From positions 97,404,001 through 97,468,000 of the forward strand of contig NC_087472.1 in the NCBI RefSeq assembly GCF_036321535.1: a stretch of DNA of 64,000 nt, written 5' to 3'. A model generated the notes under the pieces. That model was not told where the DNA came from and ran no database searches. It saw only the letters and a list, made by a program, of their open reading frames with translations. Made by a program: the position numbers and the translations under genes. The DNA comes from Camelus dromedarius (lineage: Eukaryota). Each line of letters opens with the position of its first letter. The stretch's first letter is position 1. Positions 10,966 through 23,389 of the stretch are shown here, one piece after another.

Positions 10966-12849
10966 CATATGTCATGTGCCAATAATATGGTGAGGGGAAA
11001 TGATGGCAGGTCCTATTTTAAAAGGATTTGAAAATTCAAATGTTATCTATTGTATTCACTGTTGCCGTTAATCTTAAGAGTGGAAGGGTGATGTGACTAC
11101 TTTTTAATGCTTTTAACTGTTGGGTGCTATGGACAATTGGTAGTGAAAAGGGATGCACAGTAACAAGAGATCTTGTTTGTATTATTAAATTATAAGTCAA
11201 AGCATCTGTAACAACAGGTTGAGGTTTTCCCTGTAATATCTCTAAGTGTTGTCAGTGTCACTAGGTAAGGACAGAGAAAATTGCTTTGTTTTCTGTGCTT
11301 TCCTGTAGGGAAGTAGGATTATGGACTCAAGTCTGCTCAGACAAGTGTTTCTGGAGTACATGTATACGAGGGGGTTGGAGCTGAAGTAGGTAGATGGAGA
11401 GCATATATGCCCCACGAAGCAAAGTCATCTTACTCTCATGTTCAAATGCTTGTTGCATTGCCTGCTACTCCCCTCAGCCCCCCATATCCAGTGATGGTTT
11501 ACTTTGTGTATTGCTGTTTTCCCCTAGCTTCTAGGGAGGGAGGCGTTGCTTTTATCTTTGTACAGGCAACTACAGAAGACTGGAAGACATATGGAATAGA
11601 GAAGTATTAGCATAGTATGATCATACAGATCACTGCATACACTAGAATATCATCACCCCAACCTGTATGATTGGTAGTAATTATACAAACTGTCTTTCTG
11701 ACAGTTGGTGGTATTTAGAATTTTAAGTAAATATCAGTATCAGAATTTTTGTCAAAGCATGCTATTTTTTTCAATGGTTATAGTTTAAGAATAAGATGAA
11801 AGACCAATGGAAGAGAAGCCTAGAATAAATTATTGTCTGATAATTCAGAACATGGTCCTGGGAAGTACCCCAGCTCTGTACTCAACCCTTTGATGGAGCT
11901 TCTGTTTGTACATCAGCCTTTTTAATGGACAGTGGTGCCAAATCTGATTGGTTGGTGAAACTCAGAGATGGAAAATGAAAATGAGGTTATTGGGGTGGAG
12001 GTAGATTGTATGGCTTGGGGAAAACCCTGGGAAGCAGCAAATTCTGCCAAGCCTTATCAGCAGGCCTCAGTACCAAGCGGCCAGCTGGTCCAGAGAGGCC
12101 TGTCTTGGATTTATAGTGCTGTGGACCAGCAGCTCAAATTTCAAAATAATAACATGGCGTTTGTCTGCCAGCAGCTGCCAAAACTTTATAGATTCCATCT
12201 AATCTCTGTCACTTCAACTAGAAGGTGACTGGAGAGGAAGTGGCAGAAATGATTCCAACATAAATTGTGAGCTTTGTGCTTATCCTTGCCAATGGGTTAT
12301 GCTGCTCACACATCTATTGTGGCCTAAATTCAAAACATATCCAGTGTCAATATTGGATGTTTGGTTAAAATCACTACTATTGGAAGAACTATCAAAAAAT
12401 CGAAAACTCAGCACCTCTGTTTATTATCACTTTAAATATGTGAGTGACAGCCTTACAGTTAAACTCATGAGAAAATGTTTTCTCTGTTTTCAAGAGATTT
12501 ATTATCTCTTTATAGAGACACATCTACAGCAGTGACCTGCTCTACCCTTCAGGTAGTCAGCTGCATTAATTTCTCACTTACTAGTAGGCCCCTATATTTT
12601 AATATTCTGAGGGCACTTCCTATCTATTGGGAAGAAATAACCTGGAAATTAAGCCCAGTGTTGTATGTCAATGGCACTCTTCTGAGAGGCCTCTTGGGAC
12701 TTTAGTAGAACATGTATTTGTAGAAGGAAAGAGAAATCAGGAACCTTGTGGACCTGGGCCTGAGCCTAGGGAACTGATGGTTCCTAAAAGGCATACCCCC
12801 AAGGGAGTTAACATCAGCCCTATCCACAATGCCTAAGAATGGCTCAGCA

Positions 12850-13060
12850 TAGTAGGGGTTAGAAGCTTAGAGCATGACAGGGGGCTTCAGCAAAACTGGA
12901 TCCCAAACTTGGTTACTCTCCTTATGAGCTGTCACTTTAAGTCTTTTAAGTCTTATTTCCTCCTCTGTAAAGTGGGATAATTGGAGTACTGTCCTTATAG
13001 GGTAAGGATTAAATGAGGTAGTGTATAATCCAGTACCTGGGTATGAATAAATGTCTGTTA
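12850..13060 (+). mobile_element. MIR SINE
   Basis: tttcctcctctgtaaagtgggataat...cttatagggtaaggattaaatgag core. Confidence 0.7.
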
Positions 13061-13764
13061 AATATCTTTCTTATTCTTGCCAATACTGATATCCCAATAT
13101 ATGCAGTCTGTTAGATGGGGCACAGGAGCAGGGTACACAGGCAATGTTTGGTACTTAGAGTCACCCAAATATAGGATGAGATGATTAATTAGGATAGGAT
13201 CCAGGAACCTTGCAAGAGGTTGTGATGGATGTAGAGGAAGACATGTGGCAAGTATCTGTTTCTGTAGGGAAGAAGGATGTACTTAGGCTTCTTGAAAAGT
13301 ATTAGGGTTCTGGTGCAGTGGGCTGACGTTTAGAGAAGTGCTTAATGCCAATACTGTAGTAAGGTAAAAACTCAACCCTACAAGATGAACTAACATAGCA
13401 AGAGTGAGGGCAAGGTATTGGGTAACCAGGGCTCACCTTACGCATACCTGCTGCAGGGCCTACAATAAGATTAACTTCAAATCCAAATTGTGGGATGGAT
13501 GTTCCTGCCACAGTTGGAGTCTGTTGGAGACCTGGTTGGGGGACAGGTTTTCAGGAGAAAAACATCAATGAAGACTGGTAAAGACAAGTTTTAGGCTCAG
13601 GCCTACACTCTCATCGATGTTTCTGTTATCTGACTTTACTTTACCTAAGCTCTTTCCTTGGACAGCAAGCCTTGTCAGCCTTTTCCTGTGCCTGAGTTGG
13701 ATTTCTGGTTCCCAAACTCTTGAATACCCAGCTTCCTCATTTTCTGTGTTAGATCTGGATTTTA

Positions 13765-13890
13765 TGACTGTGAGCTCACTGAGAGCTCCTTAGGGACGGG
13801 GAAACATCTTCCTAATCTTTGAATCTGGAGCCTAGACTCTTTGCCAGATATCATAGAAGTTCAGCAAATATCCTTTCGGTGAAGGAATAA
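13765..13890 (+). mobile_element. L2 3' end
   Basis: gactgtgagctc...ctccttagggacgggga...tagaagttcagcaaatatc...gaaggaataa. Confidence 0.55.
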
Positions 13891-13946
13891 CTAAATCTCC
13901 CAGGATCTGGCCCAACAAATCTTCACCCTCTTCTTCCTTATGTCTT

Positions 13947-14013
13947 TTTTTTTTTACTGAAGTATAGTCAGTTTACAATGTTGTGTCAATTTCTGGTATA
14001 CAGCATGATGCTT
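13947..14013 (-). mobile_element. L1 3'-terminal ~65 bp with poly(A), fused to the SINE
   Basis: tttttttactgaagtatagtcagtttacaatgttgtgtcaatttctggtatacagcatg, the same tail family as 2881-2945. Confidence 0.85.
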
Positions 14014-14186
14014 CCATTTAAAATATTAATTTAATTTAATTAATTTTTTTAATTTTGGGAGGGAGGTAATTAGGTTTTAATTAATTAATTAATTAATTAA
14101 TTAATTTTAATGGAAGTACTGGGGATTGAACCCAGGACCTTGTGCATGCTAGGCACACACTCTACCCCTGAGCTATACCCTCCCCT
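14014..14186 (-). mobile_element. Camelid Vic-1-type tRNA-derived SINE
   Basis: Minus strand reads ggggagggtaTAGCTCAGGGGtagagtgtgtgcctagcatgcacaaggtcctgGGTTCAATCCCcagtac (Pol III A and B boxes), then aaacctaattacctccc; TSD ttccttatgtctt at 13934-13946 and 14187-14199. Confidence 0.9.
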
Positions 14187-14797
14187 TTCCTTATGTCTTA
14201 ATATGACTATGTATATAACTGTAGATGGTTATTTAAAGAGATATCATGTGTAAAAGTAATAAACAAATAAGAATCCAAAGTTAAAATAAAAAACAAATAA
14301 CAAAGCCTTACGCATCATATCTTGGCAAGCTTCTAAGAAGATGTTCCAGTAGCCCTTGTGATTTATTCAGTGGTGACTAATTTTAGCTTATTAGGAAGGT
14401 GAAATAAATTTAACATTTTTTTTTTTTACAAACTCTTTGTGACATTTCTTAAATCCCTCATGTACTAAATGTTTTTTTCCCATTATCTAACCGCCTGAGG
14501 AGGCAAAAGGCAACATAAGTCAGTCCTATCACCATCTGTGCTCTAGAGGCTTCCTTAGTTCTTTCTCTTGTTTTCTCTTGGATGTGTGAAGTCCTTACTA
14601 AAAAAGAGATCACGAAGTGTCCAGAATGCCTTTTGGAAACTCTAGGGGAAACAGGAAGTGCTCTTATTTTGAAACTTACACATTCTTTTCCATTTCTTTA
14701 TTTAATTCTAGTATTTCTTTATTTAATTATAGTATTAAATAAAGCAATGGTCTCGATGTGAATTAACCAGTGTGCTCGAGAATTCTTCATAAAGTGG

Positions 14798-15191
14798 TGT
14801 GGCAGGTGCTGTTGGTGCCAGGACCATATTTTCCCCCAGCACTCGACGTGCCAGAGGTTGTATCTCTCTACTTGAGAACTTTTTCTAGTTACAGGAGCAG
14901 GCGTGACCAGTGATAGGAGCAGACCAATAGTAAGTACCAGGAGTTAATGCTCCTAGGAATGGTCCTCCATAAATAATGAGTAGGGAGTTGGTACATATCC
15001 ATAGTGTTGCCAAGAAGTCCCCAGAAGTTCCTTCTTATGCCCAGTTGCCCACAGTGCATGCTGTAGTTACTTCTTTCCCTTCCCTTCCTTAACTCCCCAC
15101 TCACCTCTTGTGCTTCCTGGCCACCCAAATAAACTGGTTACCTTCAAATCTTTGGCTTAGGGTCTGTTTCTGGGGAAGTCAAACTAAGGCA
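14798..15191 (+). mobile_element. ERVL solo LTR, LTR16-like, near full length
   Basis: Starts tgtggcaggtgctgttggtgcc; ends cccaaataaactgg...ggtctgtttctggggaagtcaaactaaggca. Confidence 0.7.
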
Positions 15192-17404
15192 GTGACTAGA
15201 AACAGACATGGACAGTCAATGTCATTTTCTACTGAATATTAAGATGTACTCATGGGGGTAGAACCAGTGTTCCTGAGTCTTAGAAGTCAGGCGGAACCTA
15301 CAGGCATAGCAATTGGCTGATAAACTGGGACAAGATACAGAAGGCCAGTGGGTCCCTAATACTAGTCCACATTTCTACAATTTAAATGAATGTCCTTTTG
15401 TCTGAGGTTATGTCTTTTATAAAATGATAATCACAGTAGATGACATTTTTTCCTTTTTTAAAATAAAATCACGCAACGAATGATAGGTTGGCAACTATGT
15501 AATATACCCAGCAACCAGCAATTTTCCTTTTTTAAAACTGTACGTGTCTGTGAAAATCCAAAAGTTTTGGAGCACAGTTGTCATGGAAGATGCAAGGACA
15601 GAAAATGTATAGGTACTTCCATGATTGCTGGTTACATATTTGTGAGAAAATCCATTAAACCCTTTCGAGTAAAGCAAGGGTGTCTGTGACCTCAGAGGCT
15701 TCTTCTAAGACCCAACAATCTTTGACTTCTCTGGCTGCACGGCCTCTCGGGCTGTAAATCTGCAAATCTTCTCTTTGGTGGCCTTTCATCTCTCCTTTTC
15801 ATGTCTTTCTGCTTCTCCAAGGCCTGTCTAAACCTCAATCAGCTGTTTTTCCTAATAAATGTATCAGTTCTGAAGACATGAATCATCTCTTAATCATCCT
15901 TTAATCTGTGATTTGGGGGAGGAGAGGTATTTATTTAATGTGGAATAATTAAGGCATTTTCAAATGGTGTATCAGAGTCATTTGGTAGAGAGTGGCTGAG
16001 TTGGTTAAGAGCTGAGTGGGACATGAGGCCCAAGGAGAGCTATTGCTCAGAAGTTGGTTCCAGAAGAAAAGTTAACTTGAGGCAGAAAAAAATCTGAGCA
16101 GAAGCCTGTTGCTTTGGGAGATAAGAGGGAGGCAGACTATGTGGATTCAGGGAGGACCCCCAACAGAGGTGTTCTGAGGGTTGACCACTTGTACTCACGT
16201 GGTTAATTGAGCTTCAGAAATCTAAAGCAAAAAGAGAACAGAAATATCTCTATAGACTTAAGTGAGCAGGTCACCCAGCTCCCTGGGGGTCTACCAGAGC
16301 ATTAAACCGTTGCCTCCAACCTGAAAGAGGAAAGTCCTTGCTCTCCAAGAATGAAAGAGAAAGGGATGTCCAGATGGAAACCTGGCCTCAGGCTACTGGC
16401 TCAAAGAGGGGATTAAAAGGAGAGTCCTTGTCAACATGAGTAGAGAGGGAGGGACACAGAATGGTGGCTCAAAGGTCAGCTTTGAGTCAGTGAATTTGTC
16501 GGATACTCGAAGTCTTTTACCTTTTATTCTTTTCTGGTGTTGGTATTTCTACGAGCGCTTCAAACTTTTGTACTTTTATATTTTTAAAAGTAACAGATTT
16601 TAACTATTAAAAATTTGGTAAATATGGGTAAGCAAAATCAAGTAAACACATCATCAATAATTGAATTTTTTTTAGTTAATTATTTTTCCTGTTTTCTTCC
16701 CCTTTGATATTTGCATATGCTTTGGGGAGGTTATAACTGGTGTCATAAAATATATACATATATTTATTTATTACATATGTACCCTGATTTGTTTCACTTA
16801 ATTTTATGTTGTGAGCATTTCCCTAAATCATTAGTTTTCAAAAACAGAATTTGTTAAATGATAAAATATCACTTCACTCAGCCAATTTTAGTAATGTGTC
16901 TGGCATTTTGCTAGATGCTGAGGTTACAGATGTAAACAGGACAGAGCCAATTTCAGGTTTCTTGATGATTATGACATTAGGGCTCGATGTCATAAATATG
17001 ATTGGAATTAGAGGTTGTTCCCAGTGATGTCTCATTGATCATGGCTTCATGCTTGAAGTAAGCATTGTTCGTGGTTTCTATTTCTTTATAGAAACACTTG
17101 TGTGTACAGAGGGGCACATCAGAGATGTTGTCAGTTTTGTCTTGGCCTGTCCTTCTTTAACGCCTGTGTAAACTGGAATAACCCAAAGAGAGGCCATGCT
17201 AAGGGTCCAGGATTATTGTTTAAAAACAAGTGCCCTTTTGACACAAGGCTTCCTCAGTTCTTAAGATTGCATGTGGGTTTGGGATGGGGAGTCCTTACAT
17301 GTGCCCTTCACATCTCTATGGTTGTGTAGATAAATTTATTAAAATTTATTCATGTGATAATATTTTGTCTAAAGTACCTAAAGGCTTCTCAGACAAGTGC
17401 AAAA

Positions 17405-17955
17405 ATAGAGCATTATCAGCACCTGAGAAGCCTTCATCGCACCAGACTCCAGACACTAGTCCCCCTACCTAGGTAATCATTTTCTGACTTTTAACAGCAT
17501 AAGATAGAGTGTATCTTTTTTGAGCTTTATAGAGTTTGTTCTCTTTTGTATCTCGATTGTTTTGCCCAATATTATATTTGTGAGATTCATCCATATTCTT
17601 GAATGCAGTTCTGTTTTTTTTCATTCTCATTGCTGTGAATATTCCATTGTAATGAATATGTCACAATTTTTTTTTTCCCATTCTACTGTTGATGAACACT
17701 TAGGGTTATTTCCCCCTAGTGTTGAGCTTCTTAAGTATAATGCAATAAAAATGCTTGTAGAAGTCCTTTGACACACAATATGCATGCATTGCTGTTGAGT
17801 ATATACTAGGAGCATAATTATTGAGTCATGAGGAATGAATATACTAAGCTTTGGTAGATACTGTTTTTCAAAGTGATTTTACCAATTTACACTCCCACCA
17901 ACAAAGCATGAGAGTTCTGGTTGCTCCATGTCCTTGCCAATGGTTGATATTGAGA
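17405..17955 (-). mobile_element. Old L1M (L1ME-like) 3' region
   Basis: tttgtgagattcatccatattcttg...attccattgt...tttaccaatttacactcccacaacaaagcatgagagttc. Confidence 0.8.
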
Positions 17956-18506
17956 ATACAGCTTTTGTCTTTGTTTTTTTTCTTTAATTACAGTGTTTAT
18001 TAAAGGAAGTAATCAAGATTCAAATTTTAGGCAGTATCTTCAGAGAGCTTTAAATCTTTTTTTTTTTTTTTTGCTAGTAATGTTTAATCAGATAACATTA
18101 AACTAGGTACTTAATTAATATTCTATTCTTATCAAAGATGCAAATAATTTATTTCAAAAATTAATAGTGTTTATGTGAGTTTGTCTTCTTCCCTTCCCTC
18201 TGAACAGAATTCAGGCACCAATGTTAGTTTTCCTCAATATTCACTTCACAAATACCTAAATAGTAACAAACACCTGCTGTCCCTCTTTACTCTTTGGAAA
18301 ATGGTTCAACTAAGCTTTGCTAAGAAAGCACAATGACCAAAGACAATTGGGAAATAAATGTTAATGTCTCTGTCATTGATCTTTGCCCTGATAAACCTGT
18401 GACAGAAAATTACCAATTGCATTAAGCTAGGTTCTAAAGGTACTTTTATGTTTCTGCTATGATATCTTTTTCTTTTTAACTCAGATTCTTGAAATGACTT
18501 AAAGGA

Positions 18507-18652
18507 CCAGTCTCTAGACCCAGCTAGAAATCCCTACCTAGGAGCTGGTAAGAAATCCAGAACTTGTCCTCTAACGAGAGATGCACCTGAATCTGCATTT
18601 TAGCAGGATCCTCAAGAGATTGCTGTGCATAACAAACTTTGAGAAGCAGGGT
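18507..18652. mobile_element. MER5A-like hAT MITE
   Basis: gaatctgcattttagcaggatcctcaagagattgctgtgcataacaaactttgagaagcag. Confidence 0.65.
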
Positions 18653-18756
18653 TGGCACTCCATTTACTCCTTTTTTTTTTTTTTTAACTTTGGTAAAAAA
18701 ACAAAAACAAAAAGCAACAAGACTCGGTCCTCATTTGTCTTCAACTAAAATAGATG

Positions 18757-19084
18757 CAGGAGTCAGTCAAACCTTTTGTGTAAAAGGCTGGATCCCAAAT
18801 ATTTGAGGCTTTGTGGGCCACATGGTCATTGCCACAGCTACTCAACTTTGTAGCATGAAATAAGCTGTGGACATATGTAGACAAATGGGCATAGCTGTGT
18901 TCCAATAAAACTGTTTTTATGGACACAATTTGAACTTGATATATCTCTCGAGTTTCATGAACTATTCTTCTTTTAACTTTTTCCCAGTGATCTAACCATG
19001 TAAGAATCATTCTTAGCTCACGGGATGTACAAAAAGAGACAGTGTGCTGGGTTTGCCCTGCCTGTCACAGCTTGCTGACTTCTA
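18757..19084 (+). mobile_element. MER58B-like hAT-Charlie MITE, near full length
   Basis: TIR-like ends caggagtcagtcaaac / gcttgctgacttct; internal gctgtgttccaataaaact...aaccatgtaagaatcattcttagctcacggg. Confidence 0.8.
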
Positions 19085-19954
19085 CTCCAGGGTTTGAATT
19101 GCTGATAAGCCTGTTGAGGACAGAGACCATGTCTTGGTTTCACTGTTGGTTTTCTAACCGTGACACAGACTACGCTGAAAAATTTTGGTGGAATGAAATA
19201 CTCTTGCCATTTTTAAAATTACGCATCATAGCAGAAATCCCAAGTTGAAATTGAAGGCTTTATTTCTTTTATTCAGCATGTAGGTATCACATGCCTACTA
19301 TGTCTGCATTGTGCAAAAAAAAAGAATAATGTTTACTGGACCTGATGCCTGCTACTTGGGAGGAAAGCTCATTAACTTGTCATTCATCTTACACCACAAA
19401 TGTCCTACATTCAGGACACTGAGTATTGGTATAGTAATTGCATACGTCTATGAATACCCACAATTATTATCTGTCAGGCATTCTGATAAGAATATTAGAA
19501 GCATAACTTAACAGTGAAGTGGGAGATAAATATTTTCCTCTTTCCCATGAGCAACCATAGTACAGCTAACGTTTCTTTAGATAATGCATAATAAATTATG
19601 CATAAATGCAGAATTATAAGCAAGTCAAATCTCAGTTTGCAGCATGAGTTGATGTAGTACATGCTGGTAACACTTGAGTTTTCTTTTATCATTCTCGTTC
19701 TTAAAGTAAATAGTCATCAAATAAACATTTTAGACATTCACAGAAGGAAAAAAGAAAATAACCAATAAAATTATTGCTAAGGTTACCAGTTTTGACATTT
19801 AGTTGCATCTAGCCTCTCTTCAGCATCTCTGTCTACACTCAGGACACAACAAAACTGCAAACTTTAGAGTCCAATTTAATGGTATTATACCTTCTTTTTG
19901 TTACTTAATAGTAGTGTGACTTTCAGTAATTACTTAATATATTTCATGCCCATC

Positions 19955-22900
19955 AGCAAATATAATATTCCATTGTGTGTGTGCATATACATTTTCTTTA
20001 TTTATTCATCCATCTATAGACATTTAGATGATTTGCATGTCTTGGCTATTGTAAAAAATGCTGCAATGAACATGGCATGCAGATATCTCTTAAAGATAGT
20101 GATTTCATTTCCTTTGCATGTAGACCCAGAAGCATATTGCTGGGTCATATGGTAGTTTTATACTTAATTTTTTTTGAAGAATTGCCATACTGTTTTCCAT
20201 AGTGGCTATACCAATTTACATTCCTACCAACAGTGCGCAAGGGTTCCCCTTTTTCCACGTCCTCACCAACACTATTTACCTCTTGTCTTTGATAACAGTC
20301 TAACAAGTGTGACCTGATATTTCATTATGGTTTTGATTTGCATTTCCTTGATGATTAGTGATGTTGTGCACATTTTCACATACCTGGTAGCCATTTGTAT
20401 ATTTTCTTTGGAAAATCTATTCAAGCAAGTCTTTACTAATTTTAAAATCAGAGTATTTGGGTGTTTTTTGTTGTTGTTGTTGTTGTTGTTTTTGCTGTTC
20501 AGTTGTATGAGTTCCTTAAATCTTTTGGATATTAACTCCTTATCAGATATATAGTTTGCAAATATTTTCTCCCATTCTGAATGTTGCCTTTTCATTTTGT
20601 TGATCACATATTTTGCTGTTGAGAAGCATTTTAGTTTGGTGTAGCCCTATTTGTTGATTTTTGCTTTTGAGTCTTGTGCTTTTGGTGTCATCCAAAAAAT
20701 CATTACTAAGACAAATGTCAAGGAGCTTTTTCTCTGTATTTTTTTCCAATGAGTTTTACAGTTTCAGGTCTTACATTTAAGTCTTTAGTCCATTTTGAGT
20801 TAATTTTTGCAAGTTTTAATAAGATAGGGGTTCAGTTTCATTCTTTAACATGTGAATAATCAATTTTTGCAACACAATCTGTTGAAGAGAGTATCTTTTC
20901 CCGTTAACTATTTTTGACTTTCTCGTCAAATATTACTTGATCATATATGCATGGTTATCTACTAGAGGGGCTCTCGAGTCTGTTCCATTGGTCTTGGTGT
21001 CTGTTTTTATGCCAATACCATACTGTTTTGATTACTATAGCTTTCTAGTATAACTCAAAACCAGGCCGTGTGATGTCTCTAAATTTGTTCATTCCCAGCA
21101 TTGCTTAGGCAGTTTGGGAGTCTTCTGTTGTTCCTAATGAATTATAGGATTATTTTTTTCTACTTCTGTAGAAAGTACTTTTGGAATCTTGATGGAGATT
21201 GCATTACATTGATAGATGGCTTTGGGTAATGTGAACATTTTAATAATATTAGTTCTGCTGATGCATTAACATGGGATATATTTCCACTGATTTGTGTATT
21301 CATTTTTTTTTTTTTTGGTCAGTGTCTTATAGTTTCAGTGTGCAGATATTTTACCTTCTTGGTTAAAGTATTCCTAAGTATTTTTTATAAATGAAATTGT
21401 TCTCTTTATTTCTTTTTCAGCTAGTTTGTTGTTAATGTATAGAAATGCAGCTCATTTTATATGTTGATTTTGCATCCTGTACCTTTAATGAATTTGTTTA
21501 TTGGTTCTAGTAGTTTTTGTCAAGTCATTAAGGTTCTTTATATATAAAATATGTCGTCTGTAAGAGGTGACTTCTTCCTTTCTGGTTTAGATACTTTTTA
21601 TTTATTTTTCTTGCCTGAGTGCTTTGGGTAGGACTTTGAGTATTATGCTGAATTGTAGTAGTAATAGTGGGCACACTTGTCTTATTTCTAATCTTTGAGA
21701 AAATTCTTTGACATTTTCACCATTGAGTATGATGTTAGCTGTGAGCTTGTCACATTTGCCTTTATTATGTTGAGTTACATTTCTTCTAAACCCATTTTTT
21801 TAGTTTTTATAATGAATAGATTTTGTCAAATGCTTTTTCTATATCTGTTGAGATGATTACATGGCTTTTATCTTTCATTCTATTAATGTGGTTTATCACA
21901 TTTCTTGGTTTGCATATGTTGAGCCATCCTTGTGTCTTGAGGATGAATCTCACTTGATCATGGTATATCGTCCATGTAATGCAGTGTTGACTTTGGTTGA
22001 CTAATATTCTGTTGGAAATTTTTGCATCTTTATTTATCAGGGATATTGATCTGTAGTTTTCTCTACTTGTAGTGTCCTTATCTGTCTTTGGTATTAGGGT
22101 AATGCTGGACTTGTAAAATGAGTTCAGGAATATTATATTCTCTTCAGTTTTTTGGATGAGTTTGAGAAGAATTGGTGTTAATTCTTTAAATATTTGGTAG
22201 AATTCACTTGTGAGATCATTTGATTCTGTACTTTTCATTGCTAGGACGTTTTTGATTACTGACTCAATCTCCTTACTCATTATTGATCTGTTCAGATTAT
22301 CTATATCTTCATGATTCAGTCTTGGCAGGTTGTATGTTAATATTAATTTATACATTTCTTCTATTTTGTTCAGTTTGTTGGCATAAAATTATTCATATTG
22401 GTCTGTAATGATCCTTTGTATTTCTGTGGTATCAGTTGTAGTATCTCCTCTTTCACTTATAATTTTATTTAATTGAGGCTTCTCTCTTTTTTTCTTGATT
22501 AATCTAGCCAAGGATTTGTTAATTGTGTTTATCTTTTCAATGAACCAGCTCTTAGTTTTGTTAATGTTTTATTGTTTGCTTATTCTCTATTTCATTTGTT
22601 TCCACTCTAATCTCTATTATTTCCTTCCTTCTGCCAACTTTTGGCTTTTTTTTTTTTAGTTCCTTTAGGTGTAATGTTAAGTTCTTTATTTAAGATCTTT
22701 GTTTTTTATTAATGTATGCATTTATAGCTATAGATTATGTTGCTTTTGCTGCATCCCATAAATTTTGGTTTGTTGTGTTACCATTTTTGTTTATCTCAAG
22801 ATTTTTTTTATTTCTCTTTTGATTTCTGCTTTGTCCCACTGGTTAAGTTGAGCTGTTTAATTTCCAATTATTTGTGAATTTTCCAGTTTTCTTTCTGTTA

Positions 22901-23180
22901 CTGACTTTGAGTTTTATACCATGGTGATTGAAAAGATACTTGATATAATTTCTATCTTTTTGGATTTGTTTATACTCCTACTATTGGATGGAATGTTCTG
23001 TATTTGTCTGTTAAGTTTATTTGCTCTATGATGTCGTTCAGTTCCACTGTTTCCTTATTGATTCTCTGTCTGGATGATCTATCTATTGTTGAGACTGGGG
23101 TATTAAAATCTCCAACTATTATTGTATTGCTGTTTATTTCTCCTTTTAGTTCTATTAGTATTTGCTTTGTATATCTACTA
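19955..23180 (-). mobile_element. L1 ORF2 remnant, ~3.2 kb, frameshifted (EN, RT and C-terminal domains)
   Basis: ORF 22970-23239 has IIVGDFNTP...YRTFHP (endonuclease). ORF 21807-22355 has NLPRLN...ENYRSISLIN...DIEKAFDKI (RT). ORFs 20272-20749 have WEKIFANYISDK...IKEMQIKT (C-terminus). (TTG)n at ~20467-20490. Confidence 0.97.
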
Positions 23181-23389
23181 CATATATAAGTATATATTGA
23201 TATATTTCCACTAACTTTTGAACACATACCCTGTTTCACTGCTTGTTAAGTTTCCTTCTATTAAAAAATACTACATTCTCATATATTTTAGGGTTCACTT
23301 TTATTTTTTAGGGTTCACAGAATGCTTATTATGAGCTGGATACACTTTTAATTGTTGTGGTTTTGTAATGTGTTAAACATAGAGTACGT

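Noticed and set aside
14111..14185. tRNA gene
   Set aside because: The A/B boxes belong to a tRNA-derived SINE with an AT-rich tail and TSD, and I see no proper acceptor stem.
14693..14734. 21-bp tandem duplication (similar ones at ~23286-23318, ~27493-27536 and ~42008-42091)
   Set aside because: Two-copy slippage duplications in AT-rich DNA, not spaced arrays or CRISPR-like repeats.
21807..22355. 182-aa reverse-transcriptase-like ORF as a novel RT/retron system
   Set aside because: It is an ordinary L1 ORF2 fragment within a frameshifted, doubly truncated LINE-1.
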